A stretch of DNA of 64,000 nucleotides. It comes from an uncultured Planctomycetales bacterium (GTDB lineage Bacteria; Omnitrophota; Gorgyraeia; Zapsychrales; JAHFFX01). The notes beneath the pieces were generated by a model. That model saw nothing but the letters and a program-made list of their open reading frames with translations. It made no database searches and was not told where the DNA came from. The DNA is taken from the NCBI GenBank assembly GCA_964612665.1, contig CAZTCI010000003.1, positions 128,969-192,968 of the forward strand, in the 5' to 3' direction. A program made the translations under genes and the position numbers. Shown one piece after another: positions 39,074 through 49,443 of the stretch; the first letter of the stretch is position 1, and each line of letters begins with the position of its first letter.

Positions 39074-39992
39074 AAGGCTTTAAAGCCCGGCGATAATACC
39101 GAAAATCATCAATGGCGCCTTTAAAAAAGGAATCCTCACCTTTCCCGGCCATATTTCTCGAGCCAATTCTTCCATTATTAAAATTCGGATAATCTACAAA
39201 CCACGTTGTAAAATTGTCTTTCTCGTCAATACCATTTAAGGGCACTGGTTGTCCATTTAAGTATATCTGGGGTTTAATCCCATCTTGAACTAAAGCGAAA
39301 TGCCACCAAGGATTACTAACAGACTTTCTTTTGGTGATTAAATTCCAGGAGGGATTTAATCGACCTTTGAAACCTGAAATTATCTGCTCCGTACGAGTAT
39401 CTTCATTTATGATAAATTTCAGTGATTCACTATAACTTCCAAATGAAAGTAGCGTTCCATCCCCTCCATCACTTTTAGCCCAAAACATGATTGTGCCAAT
39501 AGCATCATGACTAACAGCTTTCTGAAGGCTATCAATATTAATGCTCTGATTAAAACCATTGAAGCTCAAAGCATTGCCAACGACCCCAGCGACAATTATA
39601 AATTGCGGCCCAATCAAAAAACCATTATGTCCGCCGGTACCTTTATCAAGAATGATATTTCCTTGGATACTGTCAAAAGTGTAATAAACATAGGGCTCAT
39701 TCAAATCCTGAGAAATTTCTTCTTCATTTCTCGAGGGAAACAATCGTTCAGCCTGATTCAGCCTTAACCCTAAGTTTTTTACAACATCATTCTTCGCTTC
39801 TAAGCGGTCAACTTTCCAAGTTATAGACGAAAGGTTTTGGAGCTCCGTTTCCATAGGAACTATTTTAGAACTTGTAGCCTCAATATTTTTAAGACGACTT
39901 TCTAGCTGTTGTAAACGCTGACCTTGGTAATCAACAATAACGCCAAAAATAATAATTATAATTATAGAAATGAAAAAATATTGTGTTTTCAT
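39000..39992 (-). CDS. Membrane-anchored LamG-like (concanavalin A-like lectin) domain protein
   Basis: An N-terminal TM helix and a coiled coil precede the LamG-like segment LSFNGF...IMFWAKSDGG...FRYY. Confidence 0.5.
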   Translation of the reverse strand: MKTQYFFISIIIIIIFGVIVDYQGQRLQQLESRLKNIEATSSKIVPMETELQNLSSITWKVDRLEAKNDVVKNLGLRLNQAERLFPSRNEEEISQDLNEPYVYYTFDSIQGNIILDKGTGGHNGFLIGPQFIIVAGVVGNALSFNGFNQSINIDSLQKAVSHDAIGTIMFWAKSDGGDGTLLSFGSYSESLKFIINEDTRTEQIISGFKGRLNPSWNLITKRKSVSNPWWHFALVQDGIKPQIYLNGQPVPLNGIDEKDNFTTWFVDYPNFNNGRIGSRNMAGKGEDSFFKGAIDDFRYYRRALKPFEIKAIYEKINGSKKGNTNGAEPS

Positions 39993-41404
39993 ACTGATTC
40001 AATTTGATTGTGGTCTTTAGAAAGTTTTTTGTCAATTTCTATACAAGCCACCACAACGGCCATAAGGACCCACATTAAATTCCCCAATTGAACAGAATAA
40101 AAATTGGTATCAACAAAACTATGAACGAGAAACCCAAACAGCCCATATAAACTTCCCGAAGCGGTTAAAAACAAAAAAGGGTCATGAACCTTAGACAAAT
40201 TAAAAAGGGCATATCGAAAAAGAGTCCAGATAATAAAAAGCAACGATATTAATCCAACAAGACCCATTTCAGCTGTCAGCTGCAAATAGCAATTATGCGG
40301 GTATCCGCCCCAAATAATTTTATAATTCTTAGCGACCATAGAATAAGCATTGATGCCAATGCCAAAAACTGGATAGCGTCGAATAATAGATAACGCTTCT
40401 TCCCAATAGGTGGATCTTCCTGAACCGCTAAAATGCAAAAAGAATTCTGAAATTTTTCCCCAAGGAGATGAGACATTTAATAACATCCTCTCAGCTTCTA
40501 GTTCTTCATGTGTTTCCGGTGTTCCTTCACGTAATAAAGATATATTGCGTTCCTCTTTCATTTTCGGAAAAAAAATAAGCCAAAAAATAATAATTGTAAT
40601 TACTGATAAATAAAATTTTCTGGGATGATGAATTCCCCAAAACAACAACGCCAAAAAGAAAGCCAGCCAAGCACCCCGGGAATATGTCCAACCTAAACAG
40701 GCCGCCGTCAATAAGAAAAACACAGCGCAAAAAATCTGCAGCCAGATCAACGAATTTTGATTTTGGGAGGCAACGTGATCTTTTTTTGTCAAAAAAATAA
40801 AATTAAATAATATAAGACAAATGACTACCAAATAACCCCCAAAATCATTCGGATGACGAAAAGATGACATAATCCGTCCAAATTCAATAGCTTTATGCCA
40901 GATAAATTCCCGGCCAGTGATCAATTGAACAATACCATTGATCGTCGCCAACAAAGCCGAAACAAAAAAGACGCCCATAAAAATTTTCAGCGACCTTTTA
41001 TCTTTAAAAGCTTCAACGAATATAAAATACGTAAAGGTCCATTCTAACAATTTAAACATAAACCCTTTAATACTTAGCATTTTGTATTGACTTACAAAAA
41101 TAGAAACGAATCCAGCCAAAATAAATAAAGCCATCGGCCCACTAAGGCAGCTTGAATAAGGTTTTATTGTTATAAGAAACTTCTGGAGACGCTGTTTAAA
41201 CGATTGGAAGTGTTCTGATGAAGATTTACTGAAAAATGCAAAAGTGAGAATCACCCGCTTTATAAGGAAAAAAAAAAGAGCCAAAGAAAAAAAACTCTCT
41301 ACAAGCCCAATTGATATTGGGACGGAATATATCATCGCGCATAATGAGAAAACCATTACCCGCTCGCAACAAGCAATGGAACGCTCAATCGACATAAAGG
41401 ACAA
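39989..41404 (-). CDS. O-antigen ligase/polymerase family (Wzy_C) membrane protein
   Basis: It is a multi-TM protein with a loop motif GWTYSRGAWLAFFLAL. Confidence 0.65.
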   Translation of the reverse strand: MSFMSIERSIACCERVMVFSLCAMIYSVPISIGLVESFFSLALFFFLIKRVILTFAFFSKSSSEHFQSFKQRLQKFLITIKPYSSCLSGPMALFILAGFVSIFVSQYKMLSIKGFMFKLLEWTFTYFIFVEAFKDKRSLKIFMGVFFVSALLATINGIVQLITGREFIWHKAIEFGRIMSSFRHPNDFGGYLVVICLILFNFIFLTKKDHVASQNQNSLIWLQIFCAVFFLLTAACLGWTYSRGAWLAFFLALLFWGIHHPRKFYLSVITIIIFWLIFFPKMKEERNISLLREGTPETHEELEAERMLLNVSSPWGKISEFFLHFSGSGRSTYWEEALSIIRRYPVFGIGINAYSMVAKNYKIIWGGYPHNCYLQLTAEMGLVGLISLLFIIWTLFRYALFNLSKVHDPFLFLTASGSLYGLFGFLVHSFVDTNFYSVQLGNLMWVLMAVVVACIEIDKKLSKDHNQIESV

Positions 41405-41410
41405 ATTAGT

Positions 41411-42697
41411 TCAAATATGTTTATGATTTAGTTGGACGACCGCAACTTCTAAGGCAGCCATTATCCAAAATAAAGCCACAAGCTGTAGAGAAAAGAAATT
41501 CGTATCGACAAAGCTATGTAGCAAAAATGCTAGCAGACCACTTAAGACCGCAGCACTTAAAGTTTGAAATTTATCTAGTGGTACCTTGCCGCGAATAAAT
41601 TTTAAACTGTTAGTAAATAAAGCGCCCAGAATAGTTCCAAAGGCCAAAAGTCCTAAAAAACCCACCTCCGCAGCCAATTGGATATAACAGTTATGCGCAT
41701 AAGTCGGCGTATAATAAGCGGGACCTCTTAATAAACGCCCAAATTCGCTGAAGGTCGTCATGAAAGTATTCGGACCGTAACCGAAACAAGGGCGGATTAA
41801 AATCATTTTTAAACTATCAAGCCATAGTTGCGTGCGCCAGCTCGCCGTTAAATGAAGATTTTGTTGATCCAGTCTAGCGGCTTTTAAATGAATTGTAAAG
41901 AAAATACCCACCGAAATTAAGGCAATTATGCTACTTATGATAATAAAAAATCTAAACTTCTGCGCCGCTTTTATCCAAATAAAAAAGACGACTAATCCCA
42001 CCATCACCGCTACCCAAGCCCCCCGTGAAAATGTCAGGAACAAACTGCATAAACTCAAAACGAATAAAACCTCATAAACTATTCTTAATTTCCGGTTCAC
42101 TTCTTTAAGGCAAAACCATAAATTAACAAAAACCACAAAAATCAAATAGGCCGAAAGATTGTTAGCGTGTTGTAAGCTGGCCGTCGCACGGCCATCGGTT
42201 ATCCGATAACCCAAGAAAATATCTCTATTAGTCACGAAGAATTGTTGGAGTGTGTCCAATATAATTGCCGCCGATGTAATCAAAAATATATTAAAAGCCC
42301 ACATAATGTGTTTCTTCTCTCGAAAAACTTCTAAAAAAAGAAAATAAATTACAAACCATTCGAGTGTCTTAAAAGCTAACCCATTCAAGCAATAAACAGG
42401 CATTGCACTCGTAATGGCGGAAACAAAAGCGAAAATGATAAAAATACTTATTGGGATGTTGAGAAAACTGGCTGGTAGTTTAAAGGCTTCAGCTAACCGA
42501 GATCGAGTGGTTAAGGTTTTATCTTGGAATGAATAGATATAAAGCCAAGTTTTTTTGACAACGAATAATAGTAAGGCTGTTACAACTGAACTTTCGACGA
42601 CAGCTTTGCTGTAAGGCAGCCAAAAAATCAATACATACAAAAAAAATCGGATCGCTGTATCGATCCGCCGCGCGACATTCTCTTTTTGAAAAATCAT
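41411..42697 (-). CDS. O-antigen ligase/polymerase family (Wzy_C) membrane protein, paralog
   Basis: It is a multi-TM protein with the motif TFSRGAWVAVMVGL. Confidence 0.65.
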   Translation of the reverse strand: MIFQKENVARRIDTAIRFFLYVLIFWLPYSKAVVESSVVTALLLFVVKKTWLYIYSFQDKTLTTRSRLAEAFKLPASFLNIPISIFIIFAFVSAITSAMPVYCLNGLAFKTLEWFVIYFLFLEVFREKKHIMWAFNIFLITSAAIILDTLQQFFVTNRDIFLGYRITDGRATASLQHANNLSAYLIFVVFVNLWFCLKEVNRKLRIVYEVLFVLSLCSLFLTFSRGAWVAVMVGLVVFFIWIKAAQKFRFFIIISSIIALISVGIFFTIHLKAARLDQQNLHLTASWRTQLWLDSLKMILIRPCFGYGPNTFMTTFSEFGRLLRGPAYYTPTYAHNCYIQLAAEVGFLGLLAFGTILGALFTNSLKFIRGKVPLDKFQTLSAAVLSGLLAFLLHSFVDTNFFSLQLVALFWIMAALEVAVVQLNHKHI

Positions 42698-42703
42698 TTC
42701 TGG

Positions 42704-44131
42704 CTAATATGCCCCTTTCCCTTTAATAACTACAGGAAAAGTCTGAAATAAAATGTTTAGATCCAACCAAAAAGACCAGTTATTAATGTACCAAATATCC
42801 CATCTTAATAGACGGGAAAAAGAAATATCGCTGCGGCCGCGAATCTGCCATAATCCGGTGATTCCTGGCCGGACCTCTAAGCGTTTTAGCTGCCGGAAAT
42901 CTTCTTTTTCCACCTGATGAATCGGCAGCGGCCGCGGTCCGACAAAACTCATTTCTCCTTTAACCACATTAATAATCTGGGGCAACTCATCTAAGCTGTA
43001 CTTCCGCAAAATTTGTCCAAAAGGTGTAACCCTCGGATCTTTCTTAATTTTAAAAATCGGACCGTCCACTTCATTTTGGTGGTGTAATTTAGGCAACAAA
43101 TCATCGGCATTGAAAACCATGCTGCGGAATTTATACATTTTAAAAATCCGTCCTCCCCGGCCATACCGCTGAGACTGATAGAAAACCGGTCCGGGGCTAT
43201 CAAGCTTAATCATCAAAGCAATCACGAGCAAAATAGGCAAAAATAATATAAAAGCGCATAAGCCCATAAAAAGGTCAAAAATTCTTTTGCCCGATTGTTT
43301 GCTAGAATGTTCCGCATCACAATATTCCAAAATGGGAATGAAACCAATGTTGTATTTACAAAATTCTCCCGTCGTCAATTCGAATCCCTGCGGCACAACG
43401 CGGACAGTCACGTGCAGATCTTTGGCTTGTTCAAGCAAATTTAGAAAGACCCGGCTGTCATGGTGAATCGTAATAAAAACTTTATTAACAAATTCTTTTC
43501 GCGATATTTGCATGAAATCGGAAAGCTTTCCCAATACTTTTAAAGATGAATCCGGATAAGGTGTCCCGATTTTAAAATCATCCAGAAAACCGATGACCTT
43601 AATTCCAAGCTCGGGCTTGGCCTGAATTTCATGGGCCAGCGCCCGTCCGACTTTACCGGCGCCGATAATAACTGCGTTGAAATTATTATAACCACGTGAC
43701 ACAAGGAAATTCACAAAATACCGTTTCAAGATCCGCCACAACGACAAAAAGAAAATCTGCGACAAAACGGTAATTACAAAAATCGTCCGCGGAAAGCCTT
43801 CGATCTTAAAAATATATTTGACCACAATAATTAAAAGCGCAGCCAATCCCACCGATTTCACAACCGTCCAAACCTCAACCGATTCGCCTAATTCCCGTCG
43901 GGTTTGATATAGATTGTTGGCGTTATTGACAAAAATAACAGAGACTAACCAGGCGATAAAAATCAAACGGAAATAATTGGAGGATTCAAATAATAAATAA
44001 TCAAACCGGACGGGGAAAGATAAAAGCTCTTGTCGGGCCCAACAAGCGCCGTAGATAGATAAATAGAGGAAGAATAAATCAATGCCGATGTAGGCAAGTT
44101 GGATAACAACGTGTTTAGAAATGAATTTCAT
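42704..44131 (-). CDS. Initiating polyprenyl-phosphate sugar-1-phosphate transferase (WbaP/WcaJ family)
   Basis: Four or five N-terminal TM helices precede a Rossmann-like domain. The C-terminal sugar transferase domain reads KRIFDLFMGLCAFILF...GPRP...PGITGLWQI. Confidence 0.85.
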   Translation of the reverse strand: MKFISKHVVIQLAYIGIDLFFLYLSIYGACWARQELLSFPVRFDYLLFESSNYFRLIFIAWLVSVIFVNNANNLYQTRRELGESVEVWTVVKSVGLAALLIIVVKYIFKIEGFPRTIFVITVLSQIFFLSLWRILKRYFVNFLVSRGYNNFNAVIIGAGKVGRALAHEIQAKPELGIKVIGFLDDFKIGTPYPDSSLKVLGKLSDFMQISRKEFVNKVFITIHHDSRVFLNLLEQAKDLHVTVRVVPQGFELTTGEFCKYNIGFIPILEYCDAEHSSKQSGKRIFDLFMGLCAFILFLPILLVIALMIKLDSPGPVFYQSQRYGRGGRIFKMYKFRSMVFNADDLLPKLHHQNEVDGPIFKIKKDPRVTPFGQILRKYSLDELPQIINVVKGEMSFVGPRPLPIHQVEKEDFRQLKRLEVRPGITGLWQIRGRSDISFSRLLRWDIWYINNWSFWLDLNILFQTFPVVIKGKGAY

Positions 44132-44136
44132 AACAA

Positions 44137-44916
44137 TTAATGTGATTGTACCGACTGTGGTTTCGGTTTAAATAGATCGCCCAAGGCCAGATAAATAAAA
44201 ATACTGTTGCCAACCAGATACCTTTTCCACAAACGCCGTGGTTCACAAATCAGACGGAAAAACCATTCGAGCCCGGCTCGCTGCATCCAACGCGGGGCCT
44301 GCTTTTTAACGCCCGATAGAAAATCAAACGCGGCGCCCACGCCTATCATGACCGGCACATCCAATTTATCGCGGTGGTTTTTCATCCAAAAATCTTGTTT
44401 GGGCGAACCTAAACTAACCCACAAAATATCCGGCTGTGATTTATTAATCAATTCTAAAACATCTTCTTTCTCCGGATGAAAATCTTTCGTAAATTCCGGT
44501 GAATAATGGCCGACAATATTGATCTGTGGAAATTCCGTTTTTAATTTAGTTATCAATTTTAAACAAACTTCTGCCGTTGAGCCATAAAAAAAATGTTTAT
44601 AATCTTCGCGCTGGCTGACCAAACAAACTTCTTGCATCAAATCCGGGCCATAAGTCCGGGCGATTGTTTTGTGACCTTTGAGTCTGGCGAGCCAAACAAC
44701 AGGAACTCCATCGGGCGTTACCATTCCTGCTTCATTCACGATCTTATAGTAAGCTGAATCTCTACGGCATTCAACGATCGTTGAAACCGGCGCTACGCAA
44801 ATATACGTTTTATATTTATTTTTGATCCAAGTACCAATGTAGTCCGCTGCAGAAGATAAATTCACCGCGCTGACGCGCACGCCGCAGATGTCGACTGAAG
44901 GAATCGGGTTTGTCAT
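44137..44916 (-). CDS. WecB/TagA/CpsF family glycosyltransferase
   Basis: Family similarity runs over the full 259 aa. Confidence 0.8.
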   Translation of the reverse strand: MTNPIPSVDICGVRVSAVNLSSAADYIGTWIKNKYKTYICVAPVSTIVECRRDSAYYKIVNEAGMVTPDGVPVVWLARLKGHKTIARTYGPDLMQEVCLVSQREDYKHFFYGSTAEVCLKLITKLKTEFPQINIVGHYSPEFTKDFHPEKEDVLELINKSQPDILWVSLGSPKQDFWMKNHRDKLDVPVMIGVGAAFDFLSGVKKQAPRWMQRAGLEWFFRLICEPRRLWKRYLVGNSIFIYLALGDLFKPKPQSVQSH

Positions 44917-46166
44917 GAGGTTAATAATTTCTCATAAATGCCGCAAGCTCGTTTAGCGATATTATCCCAGTCATATGCCTGCACAATCTCCCGCGAAATG
45001 CGTCCTTGAGTTTTTAGTTGATTAAGCTTAAAAAGTTTAATGACCGCGGCACTAATCGTCGCCGGATCATTGTTAGCTAACACAAGGCCATTACGTTCCT
45101 GGTCAACGAGCCAAGGTTGAGCGGTCGTGATAACCGGTAAACCGCAGGCCATGGCTTCAAGCGTGCTGACACTGGAACCGGGATAAGAAAACGCACAAAT
45201 ATAAATATCAGACAAAGCATAATAGCGATACAAATCTTTTTCCGGGACTTCTTGAAAATGCCGGATGTGAGTTTGTAATCCGTTGGCGTCAATTAATTGT
45301 TTCAATTCTCCTTCGAGATAACCTTTGCCTACAATTATTAGTTTGGCTTGAGGGATTTGTTGAAGAATTTCCGGTAAAGCCAGAATAATTTTGTCAACCC
45401 CTTTGTCCGCTGCCAGCCGATTGACGGTAATTAAAACCAAGTCGTTGTCTTTTAAACCAAGCGTCTCGCGTTTTATCTGCGTATTTAAAAAGCTGTCGAC
45501 CGAACCAACGTCTGTCCCGACGGGCAATACATGGCTGCGTTTAAGATCCAGCTCAAAAAGGTTTGAAACTTCCTTAAGATACACCTCTTCTTCAAATAAA
45601 ACCGCCTCTGATTTTTTAAAAATAGTTTCCATCGGTTTGATTTTGAAAAAATATTGAACAGGATATTTTAATATAAGACTGTTGTTCTCACGAGTGGAAA
45701 TTTTTACTTTTTCTTTTTTAATATTCTGCGTTCGACGTCCGATAAGACTTAGAATATTTAAAGGATTAATAATGGAAATCGGATTGGTGAGATAATTGTC
45801 CGTAAAAATTTGCGAAACAACCAGCTTGCGTTTAGACAATTGTAAATATTGGTAACTCACCATATCAAAGCTGTGCAGGATATCAAAATTAATTTTTTGC
45901 AGATAACCGGCGAGCTTTTGGTTAAAAAGGTGAACGCCGAACCAGCCGATAGGATACTCTAAATACCAGTAAATCGCCGGCGGCAAAAAGGTGTATTGAA
46001 TCGATTCGAAATTTTCCAAACGCGGGTTTCCCTTATCTAACGGCGCGACAATTTCAACATCAAGGCCTTTTTTCTTTAAAGCTTTCGCGAAATAATAAAC
46101 ATATTTTTGAACGCCGCCTACAGGGTGAAACGGATAAACGCTTTTGGCCGCTAGAATAATTTTCAT
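44913..46166 (-). CDS. Glycosyltransferase family 4
   Basis: A C-terminal GT-B domain with an EAMACGLPVI-type motif is present. Confidence 0.75.
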   Translation of the reverse strand: MKIILAAKSVYPFHPVGGVQKYVYYFAKALKKKGLDVEIVAPLDKGNPRLENFESIQYTFLPPAIYWYLEYPIGWFGVHLFNQKLAGYLQKINFDILHSFDMVSYQYLQLSKRKLVVSQIFTDNYLTNPISIINPLNILSLIGRRTQNIKKEKVKISTRENNSLILKYPVQYFFKIKPMETIFKKSEAVLFEEEVYLKEVSNLFELDLKRSHVLPVGTDVGSVDSFLNTQIKRETLGLKDNDLVLITVNRLAADKGVDKIILALPEILQQIPQAKLIIVGKGYLEGELKQLIDANGLQTHIRHFQEVPEKDLYRYYALSDIYICAFSYPGSSVSTLEAMACGLPVITTAQPWLVDQERNGLVLANNDPATISAAVIKLFKLNQLKTQGRISREIVQAYDWDNIAKRACGIYEKLLTS

Positions 46167-46921
46167 AGTTTACAAGCGACTGCTGTCACATCCCAAGTAT
46201 TAGAACTAATTTTCCCGTCGATATTAAGAAAAGGATAAAAGTCCAAGACTTCTAGCCCGCATTGCTTAAAAGTGGTTTTGATTTCCTCAGGCGAGAAATA
46301 ACGCAAGATATGCTTCTCTCTCAAAAGATTTTTTGTATTTTTCGAATCTAATAACCGGCATGTGTATTTCACTTCACATAGGTTTCGCTTGGTTAATAAA
46401 CGTGTTTCAGACCGGCGTTCAACTTTTTTATTGTTCCACTCAAAAACTTTCCGTTTTTTCGCCGTGTAATGTTTCACAACCGCGGGAGCATTCCAAAAAT
46501 CCAGAATAAAAAGCGATCGTTGACCCATGTGATTACTAATATTCATCAAGGTTTGCTTAATGTCGTGGTCTTTTATTAAATAATCAAAGACCGAGAACAT
46601 ACAAATAATCAGATCAAATTTTTGTGAGAATTGAAACCGTTGCAACGGTTGGCAAGACAACTTTGCTTGCAACATTTTCTGCTTCAATTTCATTTTAGCC
46701 ACGCTCAACATATCTTTCGATGCGTCCATGCCGGTCACTACATATCCTCGTTCGGCCAATGGGATTAAATGATTCGCCGTGCCACAACCTAAATCGAGAA
46801 TGGTTTTGAAAGAATTAATGTTATGCCGACGGGCTAAGGCTTCTAGGAAAAGACATTCTTCCTTGTAATCTTTGGTTTGATAGAACGCGTCGTAATAGCG
46901 GGCGTAGGTTTTAAAAACCAT
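46163..46921 (-). CDS. Class I SAM-dependent methyltransferase
   Basis: The SAM-binding motif ILDLGCGTANH is present. Confidence 0.7.
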   Translation of the reverse strand: MVFKTYARYYDAFYQTKDYKEECLFLEALARRHNINSFKTILDLGCGTANHLIPLAERGYVVTGMDASKDMLSVAKMKLKQKMLQAKLSCQPLQRFQFSQKFDLIICMFSVFDYLIKDHDIKQTLMNISNHMGQRSLFILDFWNAPAVVKHYTAKKRKVFEWNNKKVERRSETRLLTKRNLCEVKYTCRLLDSKNTKNLLREKHILRYFSPEEIKTTFKQCGLEVLDFYPFLNIDGKISSNTWDVTAVACKL

Positions 46922-48094
46922 TTAGGCATGACCTTTAATTTTTTTGATGGCGTGGCAGACGGTTCGAATTTCTGACTCAGTTAAACCACTTGAGGAAGGA
47001 AGATAAAATCCGGTTTGCGAAATGCGTTCAGTTACTGGGAATTTTTCTTTAGGGCACAAACCCATTTTCTTAAAAATAGGCTGACGGTGCATCGGAATAA
47101 AAAATGTCCGGGTTTCGATGCCGCTTTCATACAGCTTTGTCATTAATGTATCGCGGTTCATGCCAAAATTTTTGTCGACCAAAACACCGTACATCCAATA
47201 AACGTTTTTTGTTTCTGGTCTTTCAATTGGCAAAGTAAGACCTCGAACATCTTTTAATAAGGTTTGATACTTTGAAGCATTGTTCCGACGGCGTTCAATA
47301 AATTCATTGATTTTTTCAAACTGGGCCAGACCTAACGCGGCTTGAAGATTGGTCATCCGGAAATTAAATCCGATTTCTTTGTGAAAAAATCTTTTTTTCT
47401 TCAGAAACGCCAGGTTTCTCAGCAAGCGAGCGCGTTCAGCGATGCGCGGATTATTGGTAATGACCATTCCACCTTCGCCGCTCGTTATAATTTTGTTAGC
47501 GTAAAAACTAAAAATACCGACGTGACCGATGCCGCCGGCCACTTTTCCTTTATACGTCGCGCCGTGCGCTTCGGCGGCGTCTTCAATCACCATGAGTTTG
47601 TATTTCTTCGCCAGCGCTATAATCGAATCCATATCACAAGGATGCCCGTAGATATGAACCGGCATAATCGCTTTGGTACGTTTGGTTATTTTCTTTTCGA
47701 TTAAAGCCGGATTAAGGTTCCAGGTGTCAGGCTCAACATCCACGAAGATAGGTTTCGCTCCACAATAAATGACCGCAAAGGCGCAGGCGGCGATTGTAAA
47801 ATCTGGAATAATTACTTCATCGCCAGGGCCAATGCCTAGCGCGGCGACAGCCAGATGTAACGCGGTTGTGCCGCTTGTTGTCCCGACGCCAAAATGAACG
47901 CCGCAATAAGCACTAAATGCGTTTTCAAAGGCTTCCAGGTAACGCCCCCCAGATGAAATCTCGTTTTTCTCGATACAGTCGACGAGATATTTTTTTTCGT
48001 TGCCGGTTATGAGTGGTGTGCAGACTTGAATCATAATGATAAATGATTTTTTACACTTGGGGCGCTTCACGTGCCGTAAAAGTCGGCGCCCCAA
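46922..48094 (-). CDS. DegT/DnrJ/EryC1-family PLP-dependent sugar aminotransferase
   Basis: The motif DAAEAHGATYKGK...SFYANKIITSGEGG is present. The start is probably the internal MIQVCTP. Confidence 0.9.
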   Translation of the reverse strand: MGRRLLRHVKRPKCKKSFIIMIQVCTPLITGNEKKYLVDCIEKNEISSGGRYLEAFENAFSAYCGVHFGVGTTSGTTALHLAVAALGIGPGDEVIIPDFTIAACAFAVIYCGAKPIFVDVEPDTWNLNPALIEKKITKRTKAIMPVHIYGHPCDMDSIIALAKKYKLMVIEDAAEAHGATYKGKVAGGIGHVGIFSFYANKIITSGEGGMVITNNPRIAERARLLRNLAFLKKKRFFHKEIGFNFRMTNLQAALGLAQFEKINEFIERRRNNASKYQTLLKDVRGLTLPIERPETKNVYWMYGVLVDKNFGMNRDTLMTKLYESGIETRTFFIPMHRQPIFKKMGLCPKEKFPVTERISQTGFYLPSSSGLTESEIRTVCHAIKKIKGHA

Positions 48095-48113
48095 GCCCGC
48101 GTTTTTATTAGCG

Positions 48114-48512
48114 CTACAAATCCCGCCGATTCTCCGGCGTATACGGTCCTTGCTTCACTTCGAGCATGACGGTTTTTTCCAACATTTCAAAACTATGCCC
48201 GCCGTTCATTAAAAGCAGTGTGTCACCTGTCTTAACAATACGCGAACAAACCCATTTATCTTCCGTCGAATAAAACGCCACCTTCACTTTTCCCGTCTCA
48301 ATATACAAAACCTCCTGCGGCGGTTGATCCGACTCGATATGCACCGGCGTATGCTTATGCGGCTTAATTCTTTTTCCCGGCGGATGGATAAGTTTACCGA
48401 TTTGAATAAGGCTGTCGTTAGAAGTGTAAAAATGCACGCCCTCTTCCAAATCATTTTTGTAAACGATCTTCGCCAGAATAACACCGTCGTGCTGGATTGT
48501 TTCTTTTTCCAT
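48114..48512 (-). CDS. Cupin-fold protein, possibly a sugar keto-isomerase/epimerase (WxcM/FdtA-like)
   Basis: The 132-aa cupin has HKH. It lies adjacent to the DegT aminotransferase. Confidence 0.45.
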   Translation of the reverse strand: MEKETIQHDGVILAKIVYKNDLEEGVHFYTSNDSLIQIGKLIHPPGKRIKPHKHTPVHIESDQPPQEVLYIETGKVKVAFYSTEDKWVCSRIVKTGDTLLLMNGGHSFEMLEKTVMLEVKQGPYTPENRRDL

Positions 48513-48525
48513 AAATTTTAGAGCT

Positions 48526-49428
48526 TTAAGCGAACTTTAGCACAGCCCGCATTTTATCCATCACTTTATTTCTTAATCTCATTCGGTTTTTAAAATAATT
48601 AGCCACCGCTTCAAAAACTTCCGGTGTTTCTTTAATGATCTCAGGATATCTAGTCACAGGATGATCCAAAAGGGAAGTTTCAAATCGTTTCGTCCTATAA
48701 GTATTGGTGCCCGTTCCATCAAGACCGATATTTTTGACGAGAGAAAAGGTTGGCACCAGAGTCAAACCATTTCGAAAAAATATACTGGCGGCCCACCGGA
48801 TATCCCAGCCCCCAATCCGCCCCTTCACCTGGTCTTGTAATAGACCATAATAATCATGAGAATTCTTAAAATTATACTCATACTTCATTTTCTCGTCAGT
48901 GAATCTAGCCAATAATTTGGTGCCGCTGGGTTCAAAATATTTCCACGCGCGGGCCCACGTGGCCCATCCCCACCCGACACTGCCGCGCAAAAATCCGGAT
49001 TCGGCGTTCAGGGATTTTATAGGATACATATATCCGCTGATTTCCATAACTTTCTCTTCGTTTGAGTACCGTTCCAAAGCTGCGTTCATATAATTCAAAA
49101 AATGCGAAGACAATACCAGATCATCTTCCAACACGATCACCCGTCCATGCTCAGCACAAAAACGTGTTACAGTATCAATGACTTGCCGCGGACAACCGCG
49201 GTTCTCCACAGAAGCATGTATCTCAACTTTTTGACACCACATTCTGCTTTTAACGACATCTTTGACCGCATTAATTTTTTCTTGGTCAGCCTCAGTCTTA
49301 GGCCCGTCGATAAAGACATGTAATTCACTCGATTTCGCTTCGGCATTTGCGGTTAAAGATTCTAAAACATTACGCACATGATCCGGACGTTTATAAGCAA
49401 ATAAAACAATGGGGGCTAACTTTGTCAT
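48526..49428 (-). CDS. Putative GT-A fold glycosyltransferase
   Basis: The N-terminal motif PIVLFAYKRPDHVRNVLESL and an acidic VLEDDLVL motif are present. Confidence 0.5.
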   Translation of the reverse strand: MTKLAPIVLFAYKRPDHVRNVLESLTANAEAKSSELHVFIDGPKTEADQEKINAVKDVVKSRMWCQKVEIHASVENRGCPRQVIDTVTRFCAEHGRVIVLEDDLVLSSHFLNYMNAALERYSNEEKVMEISGYMYPIKSLNAESGFLRGSVGWGWATWARAWKYFEPSGTKLLARFTDEKMKYEYNFKNSHDYYGLLQDQVKGRIGGWDIRWAASIFFRNGLTLVPTFSLVKNIGLDGTGTNTYRTKRFETSLLDHPVTRYPEIIKETPEVFEAVANYFKNRMRLRNKVMDKMRAVLKFA

Positions 49429-49443
49429 TGAATTATCCAGACT